Under the pieces are notes generated by a model. It was not told the DNA's origin and ran no database searches. It saw only the letters and a program-made list of their open reading frames with translations. A stretch of DNA of 64,000 nt from assembly GCF_009914755.1 (NCBI RefSeq), contig NC_060930.1; one strand, written 5' to 3'. Of the stretch, positions 26,460-38,500 are shown piece after piece; positions within the stretch are counted from its first letter, which is position 1, and every line of letters starts with the position of its first letter. The position numbers and the translations under genes were made by a program. Origin of the DNA: the human T2T-CHM13v2.0 reference genome, Homo sapiens.

Positions 26460-28765
26460 TGATATGGTTTGGCTGTGTCCCCATTCAAACCTCAACTTGA
26501 ATTGTATCTCCCAGAATTCTCACATGTTGTGGGAGGGAGCCAGAGGGAGGTAATTGAATCATGGAGGCTGGTCTTTTGCATGCTATTCTCATAATAGTGA
26601 ATAAGTCTCATGAGATCTGATGGGTTCATTAGGAGTTTCCACTTTTGCTTCTTCCTCATTTTCTCTTGCGGCTCCAATGTAAGAAGTGCCTTTTGCCTTC
26701 TGCCATGATTCTGAGGCCTCCCCAGCCATGTGGAACTGTAAGTCCAATGAAACCTCTTTTTCTTCCCAGTCTCATGTACATCTTTATCAGCAGCATGAAA
26801 ACAGACTAATACATTAAATTGGTACCAGGAGTGGGGTCTTGCTGAAAAGATACCTGAAAATGTGGAAGTGACTTTGGAACAGGGTAACAAGCAGAGGTTG
26901 GAACAGTTAGAGGGCTCAGAGGAAGACAGGAAAATGTGGGAAAGTTTGGAACTTCCTAGAGATTTGTTGAATGGCTTTAACAAAAATGCTGATAACGATA
27001 TGAACAATAAGGTCTAGGCTGAGGTGCTCTCAGATGGAGATGAGGAACTTGGGAAGTAGAGCAAAGGTTACTCTTTTTTTTTTTTTTGAGACAGAGTCTT
27101 GCTTTCGTTATGTTTTAGCAAAGAGACTAGTGGCATTTTGCCCCTGTCCTAGAGATTTGTGGAACTTTGAACATGAGAGAGATGCTTTAGTGTATCTAGC
27201 GGAAGAAATTTCTAAGCAGAAAAGCATTCAAGAGGTGACTTGGATACCGTTAAAAACATGCTGTTTTAAAAGGGAAACAAAGCATAAAATTTCAGAAAAT
27301 TTGCAGCCTGATGATGCAGTGAAAAAGAAAACCCCATTTTTTTGAGGGGAAATTCAAGCCAGCGGCAGAAATTTGCAAAAGTAGCAAGAAGCCTAATGTT
27401 ATTCCCTAAAACCATGGGGAAAATGTCTTAGGCTATGTCAGAGACCTTCACGGCAGTGTCTCCCATCACAGGCCCAAAGGCCCAGAAGGAAAAAGTGGTT
27501 TCAGGGGCCAGGCCCAGGGTCCCCGTGTTGTGTGCAACCTAGGGACTTGGTGCCCTGCATCTCAGATGCTCCAGCAGTGGCTGAAAGGAGCCAATGTAGA
27601 CCTCAGGCCATGGCTTCAGAGGGTGCAAGCCTCAAGCCTTGGCAGCTTCCATGTGGTGTTGAGCCTGTAGGTACACAGAAGTCAAGAACTGAGGTTTGGG
27701 AACCTCCGCCTACATTTCAGAAGATGTATAGAAATGCCTGAATGCCCAGGCAAAAGTTTGCTGCAGGGGCAGGGCCCTCATGGAGAACCTCTGCTAGGGC
27801 AGTGTGGAAGGGAAATGTGGGATGGGAGCCCCCACACAGAGTCCCTATTGGGGCACTGCCTAGTGGAGCTGTGAGAACAGGACCACCGTCCTCCAGACCC
27901 CAGAATGGTAGATCCACTGACAGCTTGCACCCTGCACCTGGAACAGCCACAGACACTCAATGCCAGCTGGTGAAAGCAGCTGAGAGGGAGGTTGTACCCT
28001 ATGAAGCCACAGGGGTGGAGCTCCCCAAGACCATGAGAACCCACTTCTTGCATCAGTGTTACCTGGATGTGAGACCTGGAGTCAAAGGAGATAATTTTAG
28101 AGTTTAAAATTTGACTGCCCTCTGGATTTCGGACTTGCATGCACCCTGTAAACCCTTTGTTTTGGCCAATTTCTCCCATTTGTAATGACTGTATTTACCC
28201 AATGCCTGTATCCCCATTGTGTCTGGAAAGTAACTAACTTGCTTTTGATTTTACAGGCTCATAGGCAGAAGGGACTTACCTTGTCTCAGATGAGACTTTG
28301 CACTGTGGACTTTTGGGTTAATGCTGAAATGAGTTAAAACTGTGGGGGACTGTTGGGAAGGCATGATTGGTTTTGAAATGTGAGGACATGAGATTTGGAG
28401 GGGCCGGGGTGGAATGATATGGTTTGGCTGTGTCCCCATTCAAATCTCAACTTGAATTCTATCTCCCAGAATTCTATCTCCTGGAAGGGACCGAGGAGGA
28501 GATAATTGAATCATGGGGTCAAGTCTTTCCTGCGCTATTCTCGTGATAGTGAATAAGTCTCGTGAGATCTGATGGGTTTATCAGGGGTTTCTGCTTTTGC
28601 TTCTTCCTCATTTTCTCTTGCTGCCACGATGTAAAAAGTTCCTTTCACCCCCTGCCATGATTCTGAAGCCTCCCCAGCCATGTGGAACTGTAAGTCCAAT
28701 TAAAGCTCTTTTTCTTCCCAGTGTCGGGTATGTCTTTGTCAGTAGTGTGAAAATGGAGTAATACA
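26460..28765 (+). mobile_element. Full-structure THE1A (LTR 26460-26813, internal 26814-28414, LTR 28415-28765)
   Basis: Two direct LTRs tgatatgg...taataca with THE1A-type ctcaacttgaatt.tatctcccagaatt; MaLR internal starting aaattggtacca; PPT ggggtggaa. Confidence 0.95.
27074..27106 (-). mobile_element. Extremely truncated Alu 3' end inside THE1A internal region
   Basis: T14 plus gagacagagtcttgct interrupts THE1-int actctt|gttatgttttagc. Confidence 0.75.
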
Positions 28766-29235
28766 ATTCTCCCGTATCATTCAAAAAATTTATAGATATT
28801 TTTCCCACATAAATTCTATATGTTTTTTGTGAAGGTTGAGTTTTACATGCATATTTATAGGAGTACTTAATAAATATATTAACAGATTTTAGTATCAATG
28901 TTATACAATAAACCTAGTAATTACTTGATTGGCAGCTGATTTTTTTATAAACGGAATTACATGTTTCTTGAGAGATTAATGCAATTTATGGTTAAAACAA
29001 TCTAGCTCTGAAGCCTCTTAAACAGGAAGTATTTTGATTATTTTAAAGATCTGTAGTAACTATTTGTCTTTTAATTTTGCCTATTTCTAAATATTTTTAC
29101 AGAAGTTATCAATTTTTAATCACCAAATTTATTAACACAGAAATATAGCGTGTACTGTAGAAAAAGTATATTTACTTTTTCCCCCTTAGTCTAATTTTGC
29201 ATTTGTGTTTTTCTCTCATTTTTCTTGATTCGATT

Positions 29236-29654
29236 TGTATTGATTTGCTAGGGGTGCCATAATATAGATAGCACAAACTAGGTGGTTTAAGCAAAATAAA
29301 TATATTGTCTCACAGTTTTGTAGGGAAAGAATCTGAAGGGAAAGTGCTGACTCCTTCTGAAGGCTGTGAGGGAAGGATTTGTTCCATACCTTTCTCCTTG
29401 ATTTGGAGATGGCCATATTCATGTTCCTATAATGTTCTTTCTATATACATATCTGTATCCAAATTTTCACTTTGTATAAGCACACCAGCCATGTTGTATC
29501 AGGGCCTACCCTACTCCAGTGTGACTTCAACTTAACTAATTACATCTGCTACAACCCTATTTTCAAATAAGGTCACATTCTGAGGTCCTGGGAAATAGGG
29601 CATCCATATAAAAAATCTGCTGGGGGAAAGTAGACACAATCCAAGCCATAACAC
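29236..29654 (-). mobile_element. MLT1B-like LTR
   Basis: tgtattgatttgctagg..tgccataa...aaataaggtcacattctgaggt...agccataaca. Confidence 0.85.
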
Positions 29655-30675
29655 AATTTATCACTTCAATTTTATTGAAATTCAAAAAGGTATGCCTGGG
29701 TTTTATCATTTTTAGAGATTTCCCCACTGTATAATTTCATCATTTTCTTTCTTCCACTTTTTTTTCTAACTTCATTTTGTTTGCCTTTGAAATGTTTATT
29801 TTCTCTTATTTAATAAGAAGGAAATACATTGCCTTCAAGTGATTTTTTTCTCTATGTACAGCTCTTGCTGTATCTTATACATTTTGATTTGTTTTTGTTA
29901 AATAATTTATTATTGCACATTTGCTTTTCACTTTGAAAAATCATTACTAAAGAAAAGTATTTTTAAATTTCCAAGTGTAGAATTTTTTTAAAAATGTGAC
30001 AGAAAATCAGTATCAGGAGACAGTTTAGGAAGCTGATTTCCAGTTATCTAAGTGAGTGATAATCATTACATTGACCACTTACCATGGTCCATGTTTTGGT
30101 CATCAACCTCACAGAGAGAAAATATATTTTAAGTTTTATACTCAAGTGTGCATTCATGTCTAAGATGTGAATCCACATTAAACTCATTAGGATATTTTGT
30201 TAACAAAACCAGACACCCAAGATGTGAACTAATAAGAAACATATCTGTTGTGGGAAAACTCCCATATTAGTGACCACTTCATTCTTTCCAAAGGAACACC
30301 TATAAGAGGTATTAATCAACTTCAGAAGTTAGCTCTTTGAACAAATAGAGTGAGTTAAATAGATTAAATATCTTGGGTACAAGGATAAGATCAATGCAAA
30401 AATATAGCAGCAGGAGGTTCTTTCTAGTAAGAATGGGATATTCTGGTGATCTCTGGTTGAGTTTCCTACTCCTCTTGAAGGGCACTACCAGCAGCTTTAG
30501 CTCAGTGCTTGGGCATTCAGGACTGAGGAATGCACTGTTATTGACTTGTGATCTCCTTAGCTACACTAATGTTTTCATTTAGGTTATAAGGAGAACTTGC
30601 TGATCTAGGCAGACTGGGCCTCTTTAAGGTGAGTTTTCCTACATAAGCAAACACTCTTAAAAATGAGACTAGTTC

Positions 30676-30985
30676 AAAAGAAAACCAACTATTCTATCAA
30701 AAAGACATGTGCACTCGCAAGTTCATCACAGTACTGTTCATAACAGCAAAGATATGGAATCAACCTAGGTGCCCATCAGTGGTGGATTGGATAAAGAAAA
30801 TGTGGTACATATACACCATGGAATACTATGCAGCCATAAAAAGGAATGAAAACTAACTGTTTGTGCTTTGCTCAGTACATGGGTGTTGAGATTGTTTGTA
30901 CCCCAAACCTCAGTGTCAAGCAATATAACCAGGTAAGAAAGCTGCACATGTATCCCCTGAATCCAAAATTAAAGTTGAAAAAAAA
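30676..30985 (+). mobile_element. L1PA15/16-like 3' end with internal deletion near 30851
   Basis: ggaatcaacctaggtgcccatc; gtaccccaaacctcag; aaagttgaaaaaaaa tail. Confidence 0.85.
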
Positions 30986-31004
30986 TGAGCATAGCAACAT
31001 TCTT

Positions 31005-31840
31005 TTCACTTATTCAAGAAATAATTATTGAATGCTAATGTAAACTTGCCTCTGTGCTCTGTCCTGAAAATATAGTTGTAAACCTAGCAACAGGGTCTCT
31101 ACCCACCCGAGGCTTTCAAAGCGGAAGAAGAGATAGCATATGATCATATAAACAAATTTATAAATAAAGAAATGTTTGATTTACCATTGTAATAGCTGCT
31201 AGAATGGAGAAATATATGAGTAACTTGTGAACTAAGAAGGTTCACTCTTAGGAAGTGATATATAAGTTGACTCTCTTAGAATAAGAATTTCAATAATGTA
31301 AGATAGATGGGTCGAGCATTTCAGAGAAAGGAAATTGTAATGGAGAAGAACAGAAGTCTGGACCTCCAAGCTGGAGCACGGAGAAAATAAAGTAAAATAG
31401 AAAACAAACAAACAAAACACAGAAAGAGTATAACACAAAAAACAAAGGGAAGAATTGCAGAAAAGGAGATTCCTAGAGACTCTGCAGGATCTTGTAGATC
31501 GTGTGAAGCATGTATCCTTTTCTCAAGATAGGGTGGCCACTGAAGTGTCTAAGTAGAGAAATATTTTAAGATTAATTTGGCTGCTGTGCTGAGAGTGATG
31601 GAAGCTAAGAGAAGATGTGGGAAGCTCTGTTATTATAGTGATTTAGGCCAAAAGTTGGAAGGCTTCATGTAGGGTGGCAGCAATGACAATGTTGAGAAGT
31701 AAGTGGACTGGAGATATGTTTAGTATTATTGGTAGAATTCACAGGACTTGGTACTTGTTTAGATATTCAGTGTAAATGAGAGCGCTATTAAAGATAACTC
31801 AGAGATGTTTGACTTGAGAAACCTAGTGGATGGCCTTCTC
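31005..31840 (-). mobile_element. L2 fragment
   Basis: ttattcaagaaataattattgaatgct; tggctgctgtg; acaggacttggt. Confidence 0.7.
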
Positions 31841-32619
31841 ATTTCCTGACACTTAGTAGAAGCTCAATAAATCTTATCTATTTTTAGCTACTTGTGTAAT
31901 AGTTACAAGAAAAATATGGACATGTGACAAACTTACCCCATCCCCAATGTATCACATCATACATACATGCATATAGAAAAGTCACTTGAAAGAAAAATCC
32001 TAACACAAACACACAAACAAACACAAACTAGACATAAACCAAACTAACCTAGAAATTGCCATTTAGTCTAAATCATTAAATAAATCATACTATTAAAGGC
32101 TATTTAGTTGAAGATCTGGATTCCAGTCTCACACTGCCTCTGACTTTGGGGTGAATTTAGACAAGATGACATGGCTTTGGTTCACTGAACTTTAGTTTTC
32201 TCAACCATAAGAAAAAAAGGCAAGGGCTTTTGGCTATTTATTATTACAAAACCTATAATCCTCTAGTAGAGAGTCAGATCCATAGAATACTATGGAAATA
32301 TCTGCAGTGGTCATAACTGTGGTTATGTAGTAGCCACTACCTTTGCTTCATTATTCACACATTTATAATATGTTTTATTGCCTAGAAGGAGATAAGAGTG
32401 GGATGGTGGTAGAAAAGCAAGCCTAATTTTAGAACATGTTTGAACTATTCTTTTCAATTAGCCTTTTACATTTTCTATGGAAAACACAATGCTAAGTTGT
32501 TTCTTTTTAGTATAACTCTCTATATTTTTACTGCACCCTCCCATCTGCTTTTGGCCCTCAGTTAAATGTCCATTCCTTTACTAGTATTAATTTGCAACAG
32601 CTATTTATTAAGCAGAGAA

Positions 32620-33212
32620 ATAATTATAGCTAGTAGGTCATCAGCTTTAATATTTCTTCTTAAAAATTCATCAATGGTTTCCAGTCCCTTTAGAATCAAA
32701 TATCAACTTGCTACTATGGCTTAACAGAAAATACTATGAGCTGACCTTGATTGATATCTCTATTATCATCTCATATCCTCCTTTCCTTTGCTTACCATTT
32801 GTGAAAACACCTTTGCCCCAGCCTTGTATGCCTTTTTTTTTTTCGGTTCTTAAAACATTGCAAGCTGTCTCCTGGCTCAAGACTGTATATAAGCCAGTCT
32901 CCCATTCTGGTAAAGCTCTACCCCTGGTCTTTCTTGCCGGCTTCATCCTTGATATCTCAACCTGAATGACATCTCCTCCAGGACGCTCCTTGAATTTTCT
33001 GCCTGCCTTGGTCTCTGTTGTTAACTTCTTTTACAGAATCCTGTTTGTTTATTGCATTCATCTTTACTGATTGTTTAGGAATGTTTGCTTTTTCAATTTT
33101 TTCTTCCGGGGATCACAGCTGTCTATTAATTATTATACTCCTAGTGCCTACCATACTGCCTGACACAATATTTGGTGTCTTTTAGACACTAAAAAATATT
33201 TGTTGAATGAAT
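32620..33212 (+). mobile_element. L2 3' fragment
   Basis: tcaatggtttcc..ttagaatcaaat; ctagtgccta..tgcctgacaca; aaatatttgttgaatgaat. Confidence 0.8.
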
Positions 33213-35528
33213 TAACCAACAATAGAGTTACAATATCTGGTATATAAACTATAGAATCTGAGTTCTGAACTTTATCTACTTATACAGAATATGGTATTTG
33301 CATTCCATCAGCTTACCTTCAACTGATCTTGAGGCTCACAATGAGATAATTCAAAAGCATTTTTAAAAACTTAGAAATAGTGCAATGAAGATAGTGTCCC
33401 TGAGGCAAAGTTAAGAAGAAATACGAACCTCTTCTTCAAGTAACTCATCCCTTTTTAAATATTTTCTGATTTTTTCAAATGATGAAGAAAATATCACCAT
33501 GTTATTCATACATATGACTGAAACATGTTTTTTCAAGGTGTAAATTTAATTTAAAAGTCAGAAATAGCCAAGAGAGTCATTTTGTTGTTTTTATAGATTT
33601 AATCTGAAGAAAGAATGTAAAAGTTTATTTTCCATATTAATTTAAGTTCAAATTGAAGGTAAAATTTAAGTTCAAATTTTAAGTCCAAAGCCTGTCTTAT
33701 GTCACAAAATAGAGTGCAGTTATCATCATTTCATTAGATACATTTCATTAGTATCATCATCTACTCAGAATTTCAAAGAAAAAAAGAGAGTGAAATGGGT
33801 GCATAGATGGAGGATTAGAAATCATTTTAAGTGATGTACTCATGCTTTAATTATACAATAAGTGTCATGCAATAATATATCTTGGACAGGAAGGATTAAA
33901 TGATGTGGTATTTCTCAATTGGGGGAGTTCAGAATAGCCTTTCAGATAACTCACTTGACAATCTTTGGTAGGGTGAGAGAAACTATATTTTGAGCCTAAG
34001 GGAAACTTTTATGGCTTTTCATATAATTCTTTTCATGATGTCCACTATTATATAATTTTCCTTTAGCCAAACTGGTACAGTTACAGAGGAAAATTTTTCT
34101 TATTATTTTTTCCATTCTATATCCATTTAACCAAGCGTCTTCTAAGCAATGGGCTAAAAAATCCATTTTTTCCTTCCTTTCTGTTTTCTCTAACAATGGG
34201 CTTAGTTTGAGAAAATTTTGTATACTTTATAGGTATTAATCATTATGTAGTATAAATAGAAAGTCCTAGGATTTTTTATACAATGATTCTAAATATACAT
34301 TATTTTCTCAATCCAATTTTGGGAATTGAACCTCTGCATTTCCATTTAGAGGGGAAAAAGATGCAATGCATTGTATTAATCATAGACAACATCAAGCGTA
34401 TACATGTATGCTCTGCAAACTTATTCTCAGGTTATACAGAATGGCTTGCATATTTTCACCTTTTTATAATTTATTCTAAGGTACCTATGAAAACAGTACT
34501 ATAACCTTTGAAGTAGGAAATTTATCTCTAGGTAATATTCCCATCCTGTCAGAGCCATCTAGCTAAGTGATATTGATGGGACTTTAATGATATAAATTCA
34601 TTACAGGGTTGAGTTGTTTCTCACCATTGTGTGCCACCGTGTTGTCACACTGCTTTCAGCTTCAGTGCTCCCTGCCACTTGTCTCTCAAGAAAGTTTTGC
34701 TTGTAACTGAAGCATGTGCATGTTTATCTCAGTTTGATCATATGTGTGAGTGTAGGAGAGAGGATTTCCATTTTGCTGATCCAGCTTGTGATGACTGTTT
34801 AGCTCTTCAAATCACTTTTATTTTTCTTTGTCTATTTATTCCTTCCAGGACAAATTTCATTAAAAAGGACATTAAAATCTCCAAAAGCAGCCACTCTAGA
34901 GCTGTTGCTGGACATTCGTTAAACACAATAAAGTTGACATCAAATATGTTAACTTTTAAAATATTATATTTATAGTATAATACATGCAAGTTAATCTACA
35001 TTCAAGTAAAAAAAATTACAATTAATCTGTGGTCAGAGAAGGAATATTATTATAACATGGTGATCCTTTAAAATCACAGAATGTTGAAGTATTTATGAGC
35101 AGGGATGAGTGGGGGAGTAAGAATGAAAAAGAAAAAAATAAGGAAATAGAATATGTATCAAGATCTCATGGAAATGTTTAAGCTAATAGACAAAGTATGG
35201 AAATAATTGAAATCTAGGTGATGCTTTTTTAATTCTAAAACCAGAGAAGGTTTAATAAAATCAATGGAGAAGAAGAGTTAGGAAAAATCTTAGAAGACAC
35301 CGAAAAAAGAAAGAAAAAAGAAAGGGAAGGGAAGGGAAAGGGAAGGATAAGGGAAGCAAAAGGGAAGGCAAAAGAAAGTGGCTTTGACTATGAATTATGA
35401 CTATGAAATGTAAGAAGTACATTTTACATTGTGACCCAATGTGTGCATGTAAACATACACATATAGTACTGAACATTTCAAGAAGGGAAAATTATACTTA
35501 CTATATGCTATGTTATCTTACCTATTTT

Positions 35529-38500
35529 GTAATTAGTAAAGTTTATTTTTATAGCAGTTTCAGGTTCCAGACAAATTGAACAGAAAGAATAGAGAGTTTC
35601 TACATACTCTCTCCCTTCACACAGGCACAACCTCTCCCACTATCAACATTCTGCACATTTCTTACAACTGATGAACTCACATTGACATATCATTATCACA
35701 CGAAGTACACAATTTCCATTAGCATTCGCTCTTGGTGTTGTACATTCTATAGGTTTTGGTAAACATACAAATGACATGAATCCACCATTGTAGTATTGCA
35801 CAGAATAGTTTCATTGACCTAAAAATCCTCAGTGCTCTGCCTATACATCCCTCCTTCACCACTAACTCCTGACAAGCACTAATATATTTACTTCAGTTTT
35901 TGCCTTTGCTGGAATGTTATATAGTAGAAATCACACAGAACGCAATATTTTTTGATTGGCTTCTTTTTCTTAGTAAAATGCATTTAAGTTTCCTCCGTGT
36001 CTTCTTGTGACTTGATGGCTCATTTCTTTTTAGCAGTAAATAATATTCAATTTTCTGGAAGTACTATAGTTTATCCACTCACCTACTAAAGCACATCTTG
36101 GTTACCTCTAGGAACTGGCAATTATGAAGAAAGCTGCTACAAATATCTGTATGCAGGTTTTTGTGTGGACAAAAGTTTTCAATTTATTTGGGTAAATACT
36201 AAGGAGCACAGTTGCTAGATCATATGGAAAAAAATATCTTTAGCTTTGTAAGAAACTGTCAAAATATCTTCCAAAGTGGCTACACCATTTTGCATTCCCA
36301 TCATCAATGAATCAGAGTTCCTGTTGCTCTATATCCTTACCAGAATTCGGTGGTGTCAACATTTAGAATTTTTGTCATTCTAATAGATATGTAGTAGTAT
36401 CTGATTGCTGTTGTAACACGGAATTCCCTAAATACATATGATATTGAACATATTTTAATATACTTATTTGCCATCTGTGTATCTTCTTTGGTGAGGTGTC
36501 TGCTCGGGTCTTTTTTCCATTTTTTAATTGGGTTGTTCACTTTGCTATTTTTGAATTTCAAGAGTTCTTTGTATATTTGGGACTACAGTCCTTTATCAGA
36601 TATTTCTATTGCAGGCATTTCCTCCTAGTCTGTGGCCTGTCTTCTCATTCACTTGACATTATCTTTCACAGAGCAGAAGTTTTTAATTTTAATAAAGTCC
36701 AGCTTATCTATTCTGTCTTTCACCAACTCTGCCTTTGGTATTGTATCTCAAAGGTCATTATCATATGCATTAGTACATTCTTGGAGTGCTATAAAGAACT
36801 ACCTGAGACTAAGTAATTTATAAAGAAAAGGCATTTAACTGGCTCATGTTTCTGCAGGACACACAGAAAGCAAGACTGAAGAAGCCTCAGGAAACTTGCA
36901 ATCATGTTGGAGGTGAAGGGAAAGCAGACACATCCTACATGGCTGAAGCAGGACAAAGAGAGAGTGAAGGGAGAAGTGCTATACACTTTTATAGACAACC
37001 AGATCTCATGAGAACTCAGTCACTATTACGAGAAAAGCAAGGGGAAGTCCATCTCTGTGATCCAATCACTTCCCACAAGGCCCCTCCTCCGACAATGGGA
37101 TTAAGTTGAATATATAGATTGAATTGGAGGAACTGACATCTTGACAATATTGAATCTTCCTATCTGTCTCTCCATTTATTTAGTACTTCTTTGATATCTT
37201 TTGTCAGTTTTATAGTTTTCTCATATAGATCTTATACATATTTTGTTAGATTTATATCTAAATATTTCATTTTCAAAAGTAAATGGTAATGTGTTCTTAA
37301 TTATACATTGCTGATATATCAAAAAGTGATTGATTTTTGTATTTAACCTTCTATCCCACAACCTTACTCTAATCATTTGTTAGTTTCAGGAATCTTTTTG
37401 TTTATTCTTTTAAACTTTCAACATAGATAATCATGTCATCTTTGAAAAAGGCACTTTCATTTCTTCCTTCCCAATCTGTATATTTTTTATTTCATTTTCT
37501 TGTCTTATTGCATTAGCTGGGACTTCATGAATAATGTTGAAAATGAACAGTGAGAAGAAACATCCTTGCCTTGCTCTTGATCTTAACAGAAAAGTTCTTA
37601 TTTTCTCATCACTAAGTACGATGTTAATTGTAGGGTTTTTTGGTAGGCATTTTTTTTTTAAATTAAGGAAGTTCCCCTCTATTTCTAATTTGCTTAGAGT
37701 TCTTAGTATTAATAAGTGTGGGATTTTGTCAAATGCTTTTTCTGCATCTATTGTTAGAATCATGTGAATTTTTTCTTTAGCCTGTTGGAATTACATTAAT
37801 TGGTTTTCAAAGTTTAACCAGCCTTGCATATCCCACCTGGTCATGGTATAAAATTCTCCTTATACATTGTCAGATTTGATTTGCTAATATTTTGTTGAGA
37901 ATTTTTGCATCTATGTCTATCAGATATGTATGTCTGTAGCTATGTTTTTTTTGGTAATGTCTTTGGTTTGGGCTTTAGGGTAATGCTAGCCTCATAGGAT
38001 TAATTAGGAAGAAGTCACTGTTTCTGTCTTCTGAAAGAGACTAGAGAATTAGTATAATTTATTTCTTTAATGCTTGGTAGAATTCACCAGTGAAGCCAGA
38101 TGGGCCTGCTGCTTTCTGTTTTTGAAGGTTACTCAATATTGATTCAACTAGGTTTATTCAAACTATTTCTTCTTGTGTGAATTTTCATATAGGTTATCAA
38201 ATTTGTGGGCATAGAGATGTTCATAATCCTTTACTATCTTTTAATGTCCATGAGATCTGAGGACCTATTCCCTCTTTCACTTTTAATGTTAATAATTGGT
38301 GTCTCACTTTTTTTTTAGTTAGCCTGACCAAAGACTTATTACTTTTATTGATGTTCTCAAAAAGTCAGCTTTTGGTTTTGTTTTCTTTGTTGGTTTCCTG
38401 TTTTCAATTCTCTTAGTTTTCCTTCTAATTTTTACTTTTTCTTTTTTTCTGCTTACTTTGTATTTAATAGGCTTTTCCTTTTCTAGTATCCTAAGGTTGA

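Noticed and set aside
26492-28439. Cluster of longer ORFs (up to 171 aa)
   Set aside because: All lie within THE1A LTR or internal sequence; fragmented MaLR reading frames, not a host gene.
34786-34900. GTGATGA box C-like motif suggesting a snoRNA
   Set aside because: No suitably placed box D (CTGA) or terminal stem.
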